DNA from: Octopus bimaculoides | Taxonomy: Eukaryota | Reading direction: 5' to 3' | NCBI RefSeq assembly: GCF_001194135.2 | Contig: NC_069001.1 | Location: forward strand, 1,278,442 to 1,342,441 | Length of the DNA: 64,000 bases | In this document: positions 26,922 to 40,770 of the stretch, piece by piece | Layout of the letters: each line of letters opens with the position of its first letter | How positions within the stretch are numbered: the first letter of the stretch is position 1 | Translations under genes and position numbers: made by a program | Notes under the pieces: model-generated | Databases searched by the model: none | The model's input: only the letters and a program-made list of their open reading frames with translations | What the model was told of the DNA's origin: nothing

Positions 26922-26966
26922 GGCCAGAGTTCTTTCGTCACACTTCTGTGACCTCATCAGTGGTCC
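26922..26966 (-). ncRNA. Minimal type I hammerhead ribozyme motif (Penelope/retrozyme-like)
   Basis: GGACCA-CUGAUGA-G-GUCAC-AGAAGU-GUGAC-GAAA-G-AA-C-UC/UGGCC: complete core, 5-bp stem II, and stem I pairing across the predicted cleavage site. Confidence 0.7.
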
Positions 26967-27032
26967 TTTGTTTCCTTCTTTCTTATGTGTGTCTCACCTT
27001 GCTAACTATCAGCCATTTTGTATTTTTCATTT

Positions 27033-27068
<36 letters not shown>

Positions 27069-27682
27069 CAAGCTGCATTTTATTGTTCATTCACCCAGAA
27101 CTGTTTGTACACTTATACTCAGAAATGGTCTTGCTGTCAATGTACTGTTGGTACACTTACAGTGGGCTGTCAGTATGTTGTTACTACACTTACGGTGGGC
27201 TGTTAGTATATGCATTGGCTGTATTTGCCCTTTTTTACACTGGCAGTGGCCTATCAGTACACTATCAGTGTATTTAGAGTATGACACAGATATAAAGCAG
27301 AGACTGGTTTCTGAATTTTCATTTCTTAAATTCATGGAATGTATACCCCTCTCCCGCTCCCTTTTCCTACACACACACACACACACACACACACATTCAC
27401 ACAGACATTACTGTGACTATTTCAAGAGTTCTCACATCTTCCGTTGTTTTTGCTTTCTTTCAAAATGTGTAATGTGTGTGCGTGTATACACACACGTACA
27501 CATATGTGTACATACATACCTATGCACATATATTTCTCTGTGTGTGTGTATATATGTATTATGTATGTTTTATACACACATATTTATATGTACGTGTGTC
27601 TCTCTGTATCTATGTCGCCTTAACAATGGACCTGAGAACATTTATAAATAGGTAATTAAAAGAAAGCTAAAGTAGGCTCCAC

Positions 27683-27737
<55 letters not shown>

Positions 27738-28384
27738 GGTATGATGTGCATTTGTATACAGTGGGTGCTGCTTATTATAATCACAAATAATGTTATCAAC
27801 CGGTTGTTATTGTCATCAAAATTAACAGTTTTGAAACAAGACTTTATTTAAAATGTATTCAAAATTATCCTCTTTTTAGAATCAAAGATCCAGATATTGT
27901 TATCGTAATTATATTTCCTGAGGAAGCTCTTACATCATTGCTATTGCCGTAATGCAGAGATCAAAAGGGAAATGTGGCCCTGGCTTTTGAAGCCAAGTCA
28001 TACATGTTAGGTGTGTGTGTGGTTTTGGTGGTGGTGGTTTGTTGGGATAAAAATCATAAAATTGTGTAGAGTGAGGAAATGAAAACAATCAGAGAAAAGA
28101 AAGGAGAAAACGAAAGAAAAATAGGGAGAGAGAGAGAGAGAGAAGTAGAAAGAAAAACAGAAAAAGAATATTGATTTCAAATTTTAGGCACAAGGCCAGC
28201 AATTTCAGCTAGCTGCTCAACTGGTATTTATATATTCTGTGGGATTTGAACTCAGAATGTGAAGACAAGCTGAAGTTGTGTTAAAATATTGGCAGAAGTA
28301 GTTAGCTCCATGATAGGTTGGATGGAAATCTGTGTAACGCCAGACGTGTGGTGGTGGTGGTGGTGGGGGGGCTTATAGGAGCTC

Positions 28385-28510
28385 TGTACTTAAGAAGTTT
28401 GCTTTCCAACCATATGTGGATTTGAGTTCAGTCCCACTGCGTGGCACCTTGGGCAAGTGTCTTCTACTATAGCCCTGTGAGTGGATTTGGTAGATGGAAA
28501 CTGAAATTTA
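28385..28510 (+). mobile_element. tRNA-derived SINE family C (CORE-like ACCTTGGGCAAG segment)
   Basis: AAGAAGTTTGCTTTCCAACCAT...TTCAGTCCCACTGCGTGGCACCTTGGGCAAGTGTCTTCTACTATAGCC. Related copies at about 21390, 26620(-), 35330(-), 37190(-) and 42530(-). Confidence 0.78.
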
Positions 28511-29371
28511 CATACATTTGTGTACATGTGTGTATGTGTGTGTGTGTGTGTAAAGAGATAGAGGAATCTTTCATGAAACTATTAAACCCTATCAAATACA
28601 ATGTTTAGTGAAGTTTACACCTGGAAAGACAATATAACACTCGTTAGGAGAATGATACACCTGAGTAGAAGAGAATATGGAGATGGAGAGATTACAAAGA
28701 CATGGAGATTTCAATTATATATACACACACATATATATCCACACACATGTGTGTGCACTCCCACGTGTGTGTATGTGTATATATGTGCACATATATATAT
28801 GCACATTCAATCATATACATAGAAACAGATACACACACACACATGTATGTATATATATATATATGGTGAATACAAAGATATAAGGAAGTAATCTGGTGTT
28901 TACATTCCAAACCAGCCAGATAAGACGATTTTATTAAATTTCTATTTATGCAAACAAATATAAAAAATATGTGGTGACGGAAAGAAAACTGCATAAAGGC
29001 TACGGTAGGTGGGGGTTGGGGGTGGAATCAATGAATTACCTAATGCATGCATGCTTGTGAGTGTGTATGTACATATATATGCATGAAAGCATGCATATGT
29101 ATATATTTGTGTGTGTGTGTGTGTGTGTAATATATTCACACATCCATATACATAGTCACACACACACACACACACCGATAGATAAATATTAGTCCCCCTT
29201 ATATCAATATATGGGATTTAGCAAAACAAACCTGAATACCAGAATGTTTGTGATTATGTTTGAGCAAATAATGAAGCACCTGCTGCCACAAAACGTGTGT
29301 GTGTCTCACTCACACACATAATCTGTCATACTTACACTCACACATAAACATAGACATACACATTTAGGTGT

Positions 29372-29404
<33 letters not shown>

Positions 29405-29655
29405 TATAGTCATTGTCATTTATGTTTGTTTTTGATGGTGTGGGTTGGCTAGGTCATCACTGCACAAATCAAGTATTTATTCAAAGTTATTTCCTTCTTG
29501 GACGGGTCAGAGGAACGCGTGTGCTTCACTCGTGTGTTCTGGTTGTGACATGACTTTTGAAGACGGATGGTTCTTCCTGGCGCCAACCATTTTGCAAAGA
29601 TGTTCTGGGTGTATTCCAGCACCATTGGAGAGGTTGTCACACACATGGATGTGCA

Positions 29656-29726
<71 letters not shown>

Positions 29727-30459
29727 CCACACACACACACACACGCAAATATATAATGTATATATTACAAAGAAGAAGATATTTTTTTTAACATAGAATT
29801 GCCATTAGAACAACAGAAATACTGCTTAAATTACCCTCACATGACAGAAAAATTTGTCAACAACAACCAGCTGTGGGAATTGAACTCACATCTCCCCAGA
29901 CTCCAGATGAGTGCTTTACTATTAAACATCCACGTACCATGCTGGCATCGGTCAGACAGTTTGACAAGGATGCAACAAGTCAGATTGCATTGTACTGCAG
30001 TCATCTGCTTTGGCTGGTTTCTACCGCTGGAGGCTGCCCTTCCTAATGCCAACCCGTTTGCAGTGGGTACTGGGAACCTTTTTTTGTGCCACTGGCACCA
30101 TGGCACCATTGAACTCAACATGTAGCTCACAAGTCAACAAACCCAGGGAAGGAAGGAAGGAAGGAAGCTATTGCCTTTGTATGTTGGGAGGGGGTTAGGG
30201 CATGCAAGAAGAGGTTGAATTAGAGCAGGTTCATGTTGTAGAGAAGCTACATGGCTACTCACAATGTGTACCTATATATATATATATGTAGAGAGGGAGA
30301 GAGAGTGAGAGACAAGAGGTTACATGCTCCACTTGTTATGATGCTGCTAGCCATCCATACTTGAGACAGGCCACCAGCTGGTAGTAATGGAAAGCTTTCA
30401 TATCTAGCTTATGTGATTGACATGTCTCTAAGGTATACTGAGGTTAATCCAAGTTATTA

Positions 30460-31162
30460 TTATTGCCGTCGTCATCATCATCATCATCATCATTGTCATT
30501 ATGTTAAATAAATACCTTAGATTAACTTCTAACTCTTAGCCTAATATCTCCTCTGACTTGTTAACCATCATCATCATCATCGTATCTGTCACTATCACTA
30601 CCATTACATCCACCACAAGCATCATCATCATCATCATTACTATCATCACCTCCACACAAGTGTTCTCAATACCAAACATTATTATTATTATTATTATTAT
30701 TATTAGTTTCATCACTATGGACAGCATCGTGACCAGAGACCACAAATATGCATGACTACTACTACTACCACCACTACTGCTGCTACCAACACTACAGCAG
30801 TGACAACAATACCACCACTACCACAAAAATTATTACTACTACTACAACCACTGCTGCTACCACAACCAATACAACAACCGCCACCACCACCACCACCACC
30901 ACAACAACAACATTGTATTTACCATTAGCTTTGTTCGACCTATTGCTACACCAACACCACTACCTCCTCTTCAAACACTTACCATCACCCTTATTACAAC
31001 CACCAATGCCATCACCACACATTGTTAACTTCTTCCAGCAGCATCACCAGCCACAGCAGAGTTCTCAGCACTGCTATACTGCTACCACAGTCACCACCAC
31101 CACCTATACTACTTTTCCCAACACTGTCGCTGCTAACACCGCTACTGTTCACATTTGCCACC

Positions 31163-31193
<31 letters not shown>

Positions 31194-31383
31194 CCACCCC
31201 CTACCATCAACTCTGCGAAACAACTCCTACTTTACCAATACCCCCCCTCCTTCACCTCCACCACCACTGCCAACATCATCACAAACACCACCTTCACCCC
31301 CACCACCAATGCCATTACAGCTGTCACCACCACCACCACTACCACCACCATCGCCTGAACCACAACTGCCACCACCACCACCA
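30460..31383. repeat. (CAT)n/(CAC)n/(ACT)n low-complexity field next to a gap
   Basis: Trinucleotide mosaic that produces spurious T/P/H-rich ORFs. Confidence 0.88.
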
Positions 31384-32052
31384 NNNNNNNNNNNNNNNNN
31401 NNNNNNNNNNNNNNNNNNNNNNNNNNNNNNNNNNNNNNNNNNNNNNNNNNNNNNNNNNNNNNNNNNNNNNNNNNNNNNNNNNNNNNNNNNNNNNNNNNNN
31501 NNNNNNNNNNNNNNNNNNNNNNNNNNNNNNNNNNNNNNNNNNNNNNNNNNNNNNNNNNNNNNNNNNNNNNNNNNNNNNNNNNNNNNNNNNNNNNNNNNNN
31601 NNNNNNNNNNNNNNNNNNNNNNNNNNNNNNNNNNNNNNNNNNNNNNNNNNNNNNNNNNNNNNNNNNNNNNNNNNNNNNNNNNNNNNNNNNNNNNNNNNNN
31701 NNNNNNNNNNNNNNNNNNNNNNNNNNNNNNNNNNNNNNNNNNNNNNNNNNNNNNNNNNNNNNNNNNNNNNNNNNNNNNNNNNNNNNNNNNNNNNNNNNNN
31801 NNNNNNNNNNNNNNNNNNNNNNNNNNNNNNNNNNNNNNNNNNNNNNNNNNNNNNNNNNNNNNNNNNNNNNNNNNNNNNNNNNNNNNNNNNNNNNNNNNNN
31901 NNNNNNNNNNNNNNNNNNNNNNNNNNNNNNNNNNNNNNNNNNNNNNNNNACACACACACACACACACATACATACATACAGAGGTAAATACACACACACG
32001 ACATAAATCTGAAGAAATGTGGGATCCTGTCTGTGATTGTTGGAACTGCTAT

Positions 32053-32235
32053 TAATGGTTTCAAATTTTGGCTCAAGGCCAGCAATTTCAGGGAAGGGGT
32101 TAAGTCATCAACCTCAGTGTACAACTGGTCCTTATTTTATCGACCCTGAAAGGATGAAGAATGAAAAGCTAAGTCAACCTCGGTGGAATTTGAACTCAGA
32201 ACGTGAGCCTGAATGCAATGCTGCAAAGTCTTTCA
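32053..32235 (-). mobile_element. tRNA-derived SINE, family A
   Basis: Reverse complement of the family A body (GGAATTTGAACTC, GAAAGGATGAA, CTGGTCCTTATTTTATCGACCC). Confidence 0.8.
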
Positions 32236-32370
32236 GATGGCTCTGTGTGATGTGAGGAAGGTTTGGCTCCTATTTCTAGTTGGTCAAGCTACTACATAGA
32301 AACTTGTTGCTTTGTATTTATTGCATGGTCAGTAGAACATTCAGGAAACTGATGTCTGGTTTGTGGTCAG

Positions 32371-32530
32371 TGGATTATGTCCAGTGAGCTGCAATCAGTG
32401 GACCATATCTAATGAGCTGTGCATGGAGTCCAGCAGGTATAGTCAGTGGACTGCGTCCAGTGAGCTGTGGTCAGTAGTTCATGTCCAAAAAGCTATGGTC
32501 ACTCAGCTAGTCAATGGACAGTTCAGTAAT
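32371..32530. repeat. Degenerate 28-bp minisatellite (TGTGGTCAGTGGATTATGTCCAGTGAGC-like)
   Basis: Recurring GTCAGTGGA...TCCAGTGAGCTG units. Confidence 0.65.
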
Positions 32531-32679
32531 GATCAATTGTGTGAATATCACATTGCTTTTTTTTCCCCCCACCTTATAGTTTCCGTTTTATTGTGTGTGT
32601 GGGTGTGTGTGTGCATCAATAAATAATAACGAAGCATATTTTACTTGTTGCACATATGCAACACATACATGCATGCATG

Positions 32680-33562
32680 CATGGTGCAATGAATATATTG
32701 TCGTCTAAATTACACAGAAAGGAAAATAACATTGACATCTCATTTTAACAGATATATTTACCAAAATTGCATAAAAATATCTTGAATTACTAAAGAGTAA
32801 ATTTATTCAATAAAATCGCCATTGGCTTCAGCCACAGCCTCCAGACAACTTCGGAATCTCCTGCAGCTCTTCTGGACAGTCTCCTTGTTTAAGTTGGTGA
32901 ATGCTACCATAATCCTTGCCTTTAGTTCATCTTTTGTGTTACAAGGAGTTTTGTTGGTCTCTCGTTCAACTGCACCCCACACATAATAATCAAGGGGGTT
33001 GCAGTCTAGGGAGTTATGTGGCCAGATGTTAGGGGTGATGTGGTCGCAGAAATTGTCTGACAGCCACGACTGGTTTCTCCTGCTTGTGTGGCATGGTGCA
33101 GAGTCCTGTTGCCAGACACAGGTTCTTCCAGCAGCCACCCTCTTGACCCAGGGCTGTACTACCTTCTCCAGGCACTTGATGTAGGCCTCTCTGTTGAGCC
33201 TGAGGCCATGTGGGAAGATAAATGGAGGCATAATGTCACCATCACTAGTGTTCACTCCAAATACCATGATGTTGACTGGATGTTTGATTTTTATCGCTCT
33301 CAGTACATGTTTTGGGGACACAGCAAACCCACAGTTGTTCTGCTGTGTGTTCACCATCTGTTCATATTGGAACTCTAGGCGTGAACGCCAAGCAGTTCAG
33401 CATGTTTCCAAATTTCTGGAAGAGTAAATTACGTCATGGTGCTGTTTTTCTCACAGATGGTGCTCAACTGACCCTACTATACTGTGTAGTTGACAAAATC
33501 AAAAACAAACAATGCACGAAATTAAAAATATAAAATGGCTACAATATACCCAGCGCACCCTG
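32680..33562 (-). mobile_element. Internally deleted Tc1/mariner-superfamily DNA transposon, DD37D (maT) family
   Basis: Imperfect TIRs of about 28 bp (CATGGTGCAATGAATATATTGTCG at the left; reverse complement CAGGGTGCGCTGGGTATATTGTAG at the right, followed by TA) enclosing a transposase C-terminal ORF. Confidence 0.85.
32803..33357 (-). pseudogene. Truncated DD37D transposase (catalytic C-terminal part)
   Basis: VMVFG-like IMVFG, WQQDSAPCHTS and WPHNSLDCNPLDYYVWG motifs; 37 residues between the 2nd and 3rd catalytic Asp; the N-terminal DNA-binding region is missing. Confidence 0.88.
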
Positions 33563-33853
33563 TAATATATATGGTCCGTGTTTGGAAGGGCATCTGGCTG
33601 TAGAAACCATTCCAAAGGCAACATGGGGCTCAGTATGGCCCCTGCCAAACTGTGCAACCCATGCCAGCGTGCAAAAATGGATATTGAATGGTGACTGTGA
33701 TGAATAGCCAAGTCTGTTTAAATATCCAGATACATGTATATACACGTGTCATTAGATATTGGACATATGTAACACAGTGAAGTATACACACTCACACACA
33801 CATATATCCATGCATTTTAAACATGTATATATGTGCATCTAGCAATCTTTCTG

Positions 33854-33930
<77 letters not shown>

Positions 33931-34779
33931 GCATATACACATTGAAATAGACACCCATCTGTCTTCACCAAAATGTTGATGATGATGATGATGTTATATA
34001 ATATGTGGCTGTCATGATGACATTTTATATCTTTTTGTTGTATTATTATTATTATTATTGTTGTTGTTGTTTCCCCCGTCTCCGCTCCCCTCATATCTCC
34101 CATCCCATTCCTAGTTCGCTGCAAAAGGTTTTTGTTTTGTTTTTTATAATATTCTTTTGTTTTTGTTTTTCGTTTTGGTTTTTCTATTATTCTTGTCTGT
34201 TTATTTCACATCGACATGTGGAAGAACAAAAAAAAAAAATGAATTTAAAAAAAAAAATTAAAACCATAACGAAACAGAGGTGGGCGACAGGGTGGATTGT
34301 CTTTTGGTAAAATTTTGTTGCTGCTGTTGTTGATGTGGCCTTTATTGCTGCTGCTGTTGTTATTGTTGTTGTGTGTGAAGAGTATGGTGGTGTGGGGAGG
34401 GGCTGGGTGGGTTCCTTGTGCCTCTTATCACTTGTTATCTTGAAGAATTCTCTCAGTTTCTCTTCAAGGAAAACGAACCCCCTTATAACAATGTCTTTGC
34501 TATTGTTTGGTTGCTAAAGAACTAAAAACGAACCAACCACCTCTCCTGCCAGCCGGTAGTCGTGTAATCGAGTCATCAAATGGCACTCTACTTGGTCTCT
34601 TGACCTGCAAAGAAATAGCAGCCAAAATCTCCTTCAAGTCATATGAGCACACACACACACACACATACAAGTGCAAAACAAGGTGGAAAAAATAGTACTC
34701 GAATACCAAGGGTAGAGTAATATGCTTTTTATTAAAACTAAAATTATCACAGAACTGTTTATCAGTTTCTTGTAAAAAT

Positions 34780-35060
34780 GCAGCCCGTTTGGCACCGTGC
34801 TGTGCTTGAGAAGAAGACCCATCAAGCCAAGTAATACTGCAGTTGTGGCAGATACCAGTGTCACACAAATGGCACCCATGCCACTGGCACGTAAAAGCAC
34901 CCATTACACCCTCGGAGTTGTTGGCATTAGGAAGGGCATCCAGCTGTAAAAAAAACCTTGCCAAATCAGACTGGAGTCTGATGCAGCCTTCCAGCTTGCT
35001 AACCCCGTTCAAACCGTCCAACCCATGCCAGCATGGACACTGGACGTTAAATGATGATAA
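34780..35060 (+). mobile_element. SINE family B
   Basis: Same diagnostic body and tail as 12723-12955. Confidence 0.82.
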
Positions 35061-36199
35061 TATATCTATATATATATATATTTTTTTTTTAAATTCTTTT
35101 ATTTGTTTGTGTTTTGACTGTGGCCATGCTGGAGCACTGCCTTTAGTCGAGCAAATCAATCTCAGGACTTATTCTTTGTAAGCCTAGTACTTATTCTCTC
35201 GGTCTCTGCCAAAGCACTAAGTTATGGGGACGTAAACACACCAGCATCAGTTGTCAAGCGATGGTGGGAGGGCATCCTGTGGTTTGATTCTGTTAATACA
35301 AACTCCCACCTAGTTTCTGTACAGTCAAACACACATACACACAAACATGGGCTCCAACACAGTTTCCACCTACCAAATTTACCCACCCACATGATATTAC
35401 TCAGCCCTGGGCTATAATGGAAGGCACTTGCCCAAGGTGCTATGCTGTGGGACTGAACCTGAAACCACATGACTGTGGGAAACAAACCCCTAAACCACAC
35501 AGCCATGGCAGGGCCTATGAGAGAGAGAGAGGAGGGGAGGTGGAGTACTTGGCAATCAATTCTTCTTCTGCTGTTGAGGGAATTTGTTTTGTGCCAATGT
35601 CTAAATTTGCAGGTGCATCCTACCCCTGGCTGGTGTTAGAATGACTAAATACCAATAGAACAAAAAACAAATGCAAAGACAGCAACAACAACAACAAAAA
35701 CAACACAAATAGATTAAAACTATTACAACAGAAAATAATAGAAAATGTGTTGAGAATGCAAAAATGCAACAAGACGAAAATTTGTTCGTGTTAGCTGACA
35801 TGAGATTGCATTGGTGCACTCTGGTGCAATTGTAGTCATATGTGAAGAGCAATTCAACTGCTTTCCCAACATGTCTGCTACACTTGTTGTTGTTGCTATG
35901 ATTTTTGTTGTTCATATTTCATTTTTCCACCACCACCACCTCCTTCTCCTCCTCCCTCTCCCCTCCCACTCCTGTTTTTTTTTTATGTTATATTTTATCT
36001 CTGTTGAGGGGATGTGTGTTATGCTGTGTGTGTGTGTGTATGTGTGTATGTGTGTGTATGTGTGTGTGTGTGATTTTTAAACTCTGTCCTCACCTGACTG
36101 TTGTCTCCAGTGTGGTGTTTGTGGAGGTGCCTGGTATGTGTGTGTGTGAGTGTATGTATGATTGTGTGTGTGTGTGAGTGAGAGAGAGACTATGAACAT

Positions 36200-36249
<50 letters not shown>

Positions 36250-39200
36250 CTATGAGCGTGTGTGTGTGAGAGAGAGGGAGAGAGAATTATGACGGTATGT
36301 GTATGAATGTGTGTGTGTGTGTGTTTCTAGAAAGAAGACTTGTTAGATCAAATGAAAATAACTTGTTAACTCTACATTGATTAGAACTTGTCTGTCTGTC
36401 TGTTTGTCTGTCCTCTTGTCTGTCCTCTTGTCTGTCTGTCTGTCTGTCTATAGATGACCTGAGTTGTTGGGAGGCGGTGGTGGGAAACACCTGGGCTTGC
36501 ACTCTCCCCCTCCCCCATCATTTTTCTCCCCACTCCACCCCACTCCAGGGCTTGCACTCTCTCCTGCACTTTGTACACACATCCTTCCTTTCTCCCTCTC
36601 TGTCAAAATGCAAACAGATTTAATTAACACTCCACTTCTGTACTGGATGGCTCAGTGGTAAAGAGCTGGACTGTTGAATGAAAGATCACAAGTTCAAGCT
36701 TCACTGCTGGCAATTCGTTTTTTATTTTTTATTTTTTATCTGCCTTTTTTTGTTTTTATTGATTGTTTTAATGTTAAAGTTCCATCATCTGAGATGTGTT
36801 TGTGTTTGCTTGTCTGACCAAATTTTTTCTTTTCAATTACATAAACCTACATGTGCACTTATCATCATCACCATCATCATTGTTTTGCCTGCTTTTCCCT
36901 GTGTGCATGGATTAGATGAAGGTAGGCTGGGGCAGGATTGTCTACAGCTGGATGCTCTTCCTGTTACCAACATCCATTTGTTTCCAAGCTTTGCCACTCC
37001 TCCTCCTCCTTCTCCTCGTTGATTAGGAGTAGGATGCAGGTTGAGGTTTACCTTGGTTTGTTAATTGTGTGTGTCCCGGAGTAGGAGGAATCGGTGTGAT
37101 GGATACCCCAGGGTAGAAAGACTGGATAGCAACAGATGTGACCTTGGTGTGTATTAGGCATCACACACACACACATGCATACATGGCTGTGTGGTTTTAG
37201 GTTCAATCTCACAATGCAGCATTTTGAGCAAAAATGTTGTGCTCTTGTAATCATTGAATCAGTGGGACTGAACTTGAAACAATCTTCTTAACCACGCAGC
37301 CATGAGTCCACCTGGCTGTAAATAGGTACCATCATGAAGCATAACCCACTTCTACAATCAGCACCAGCAGTGGCCCCATTGCCGTTTGATGGCTCTCTAC
37401 TAGTGTTGAAGTTGCTCTCAGAGGGGAAGAAATATCAGGGAGTCCTTGTTGGAGTGGGGAATGGAAAAGGCTTGAGGGGTCCCTCTCTGTCTCTCTGTTT
37501 CAATGCTTCAGAAGACTGGACCTAAGCATCAAAGCAGTTGGCTTCATGGATGAGAGAGTTTCATTAACCAGAAAGGATTAGCTTACCTGACAAGACTTGA
37601 CGATGCAGCTGATACCTGGCAGTCGATTAGTTATGGTGGCTTAGTCTTTGTGTGTGAAAAAGACTATAAAACTATTTCAGATTAACAATGTGTAAGGGGG
37701 TGGGGAAGCAGTGGAGTGGATTCTTTTGTAGTGTGAAGTGGTGGTGGTGGTGGTGGCGGTGGTCATAGCAGTGGTCATGATAAGGATATTGGTGGTGGTG
37801 GTGGTTGTGGTGGTCAAGTGTAGAGAGATGTAAACTTAGGCTTGGAAAGGAAGAGAGAGAGAGAGAGAGAGAGAGAGTGTGTGTGTGTGTGTGTGTGTGT
37901 CAGGTGTTTGTAGTTTCAATAAATATGTTGGATAAAGATAAACATTTTATGGTTGTTTAATCCCAAATGAAACCTGATTGAGCAAGTTAATAATTAAAAC
38001 CATTCCAAGCATGACCACCCTGTCTGTTTCAATATACCAGGAATTATATTGTGCAATGTGCCCTTTTTATAAGGTGTGATTGGTTACTGTTTCTAGCAGG
38101 TTGGGCCACCACATAGAGGTCAGCTCACCTTTGCCTGTCATCCTGTGTAGTGTTATAGTTAATAAATGCTATATGTCTAGTGTGGTACAGTAAGGGTGTG
38201 TGGAGAGGGGTGAAAAGATGTTCTACTCATCATCACCATCATTCAGTGTCTGTATTCCCTATTGATATGGGTTGGAGAAGATCTGAAGAGTCGGAGGAAT
38301 ATGGTAAGTTTCAGTATCTGCTTTGGCATGGCTTTTCCGCTTTCATGCCCTTCGTAATGTCCACCACTTTACATCGTGGACTGGCTGCTATTTACGTGGC
38401 ACCAGCACTAGTGAGGTTGCCATGTAACTTGTAAGACAAATGGAAATTCTTTCAACTGGGTGAGGGTGTCATACAGAGGGAAGTGGCTTGATGCCAGGTT
38501 TTGAGAGGCTGAAGTATGAGAGACAAGAACAGGTACCTGGCTATCTGACGAGGTACATGACTATCCTGCATGATATAAAGATGTTTTAGCCAATCCTGTA
38601 TGAATAGAAAGACATATACACCATGTCTATTTAAAAGTGTAAAATATTTTCATAGACAGAAAAAAATGGATGGATTAGTTTCAATCTTGTTTGGGATTGA
38701 CAAGTTATTCTCTTCGGTTGCCTACAAAAACATTGCTCTAAACCCACTATTATTAATAAGGACTCCATTAGATTGAAGAATCTGATTTGCATAGCTTCTT
38801 ATCACACAGCCATGCCTAGGCAGGTGTAAACTCCAAGCCTATATATTCAGTCTCTTTGTTGACAGCAAAATAGGAGTCAGCTGGATTGGTTTCAGTCCCG
38901 TGGTGGGATTTCATTAGCAACTCTGCTGTGAAAGCATGGCTTAGCATTGTAGGGTGTGATGTACTTTTGTTGTAGTGTGGGGTGGGGTGGGGTGGCTGTG
39001 GTATGTCATAGTAGTAGCATTAGTTATTAAGAATATAAAATATTGTTTTAAAAACCATCATCACCTGATTGAATGAGATTCCAGAGAACTCTCTGACTTG
39101 TCAAACAACTACTGTGTTTAGGAGAGAGAGAGAGAGAGATAGGTGTGGATGTGTGTGTGTGTGAAAGAGAGAGTTAGGTGTGAATGTGTACGAGTGTGTG

Positions 39201-39407
39201 GGGGGAGGGGGAGAGAGACAGAGAGCTAGGTATGAATGTGTTTGAGGAAAGTACTCCTAAGTTTGGATATATCTATGTGAACTCTTGTGTTGATGTGAAT
39301 GTGAGTGAACTGTGTCTGTCTGTCTGTCCGTTTGTCTGTGTTTCTGTCTCTCTCAGATAGTGATTTATGTAGATGTGTGATTGTTGGAAGTATATAAGTT
39401 GTGTGTA

Positions 39408-39470
<63 letters not shown>

Positions 39471-40479
39471 CTAGCTTATTTACTCAATGAAATTAAGGTG
39501 GCATAAGAATTCAGGTACATACACACACGTGTGTATGTATGCATACATGTGTGTGTGTAATTTTACACAGAGACACACGCACTCACGCTGAGTTACTTCC
39601 TCAGATACCAGCAGTAAAATATTCACAGAGTGACCGAGACAGCCATCCGGCCATCTGGCCAGCCTGACAAGCAGTCAACTGGACAAACGGATAGACAGCT
39701 ACCACTGACTACAGTCTTGATATTTCTGTATAATTCTGCTCCAAACATCCATACTGGTTGACCATGTGATTCCTTACTAGCAGTGACCAACAGACTGTCC
39801 GATAATCTGTTGGTCAGTCCCTTCCTCTCTCTCCCACCCTCCTCTTCTACCACCCACTTCACTGTGCCCCCCCCCTCTCTCATTGGACACTAAAACTGCT
39901 GTTAAACCATTTCTACAGACATTTCTGTGAGTTTTTTTTTTCCGGTTTCTGTTTTGTTTTTTATTTTGTTCCTTGCTTTTCTTCTGCCTCCCTCTCCCCC
40001 CTTCCCCAGCCCCCCACCCTTGATTGTGAAGATTTTTTTCAGATTTTACTCCCAGCACCACCCTTACTGCCTTCACTCCACCAAACGCGCTTGTTATGGA
40101 GTAATCTTTATGGAGGAAGTTAGTTTTGGTGCTTGCTCACACAATATAAAAACTTCTTTCACAAAAGGTTTAGGTCATTGTGTTTTTCCAAGATATTTGC
40201 TAAATAGTTTATTTTTTAAGAAAATCATTCTTCAAATACTATCACTGTATCAAGTACTTTTTCCCAAAACCTTACACACACACATACACACAGGTTTGGT
40301 GGATCTTAAAACACATGTATATATATAAACACTTTTTAATTAATATTTAGCTGAAACAACAGTGACTCAAGGGCTAAGAGTTTCATGTTTGATAAGTGCT
40401 AATGCTTGAGACTATAGACCCATGAGTTAGTCATTAGTTTTTTGCTAAATCTATAATTATAAAACTGAGAATGTGTGTG

Positions 40480-40770
40480 TGTCTGTCTGTATGTATGTAT
40501 GCATCACTAAAACTCGAGGACTACCCGACCAATTTCATTCAAATTTTACACATGCCTTAGGGGTCCATGTAGTGTCATGGGCCAAAAACAATTTTCAACT
40601 TTTTGTCTCCTGTGAGCCCAGAGCAATCTCTTATATCTTCCACTATTTCAGTATTACGTGTCAAAAGTGAAACAATGACATCTCTATTGTAATGTGAGAC
40701 ACTTTCAGTTTAATAGTTTCACTATTAATACTGAAACTATAATCTTCATGAAACTTTTACTCAGTTTCAC
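40480..40770 (+). mobile_element. Possible non-autonomous Helentron/HINE-like element just upstream of the first coding exon
   Basis: (GTCT)n/(GTAT)n followed by AAAACTCGAG..ACC.ACCAATTTCATTCAAATTTTACAC, the layout typical of DINE/HINE repeats. Confidence 0.4.

Noticed and set aside
29445-29650. ORF segment VCSGCDMTFEDGWFFL resembling a C2H2 finger
   Set aside because: No histidine ligands, no clear splice sites, and the ORF runs into a microsatellite.
30748-32124. 435-aa T/P-rich ORF as a possible NR5A N-terminal exon
   Set aside because: Low-complexity trinucleotide field running into an N gap, with no identifiable phase-1 donor.
36640-36712. tRNA-Asn gene
   Set aside because: A- and B-box-like motifs are present, but the acceptor and T stems do not pair; at most a decayed tRNA-derived SINE head.
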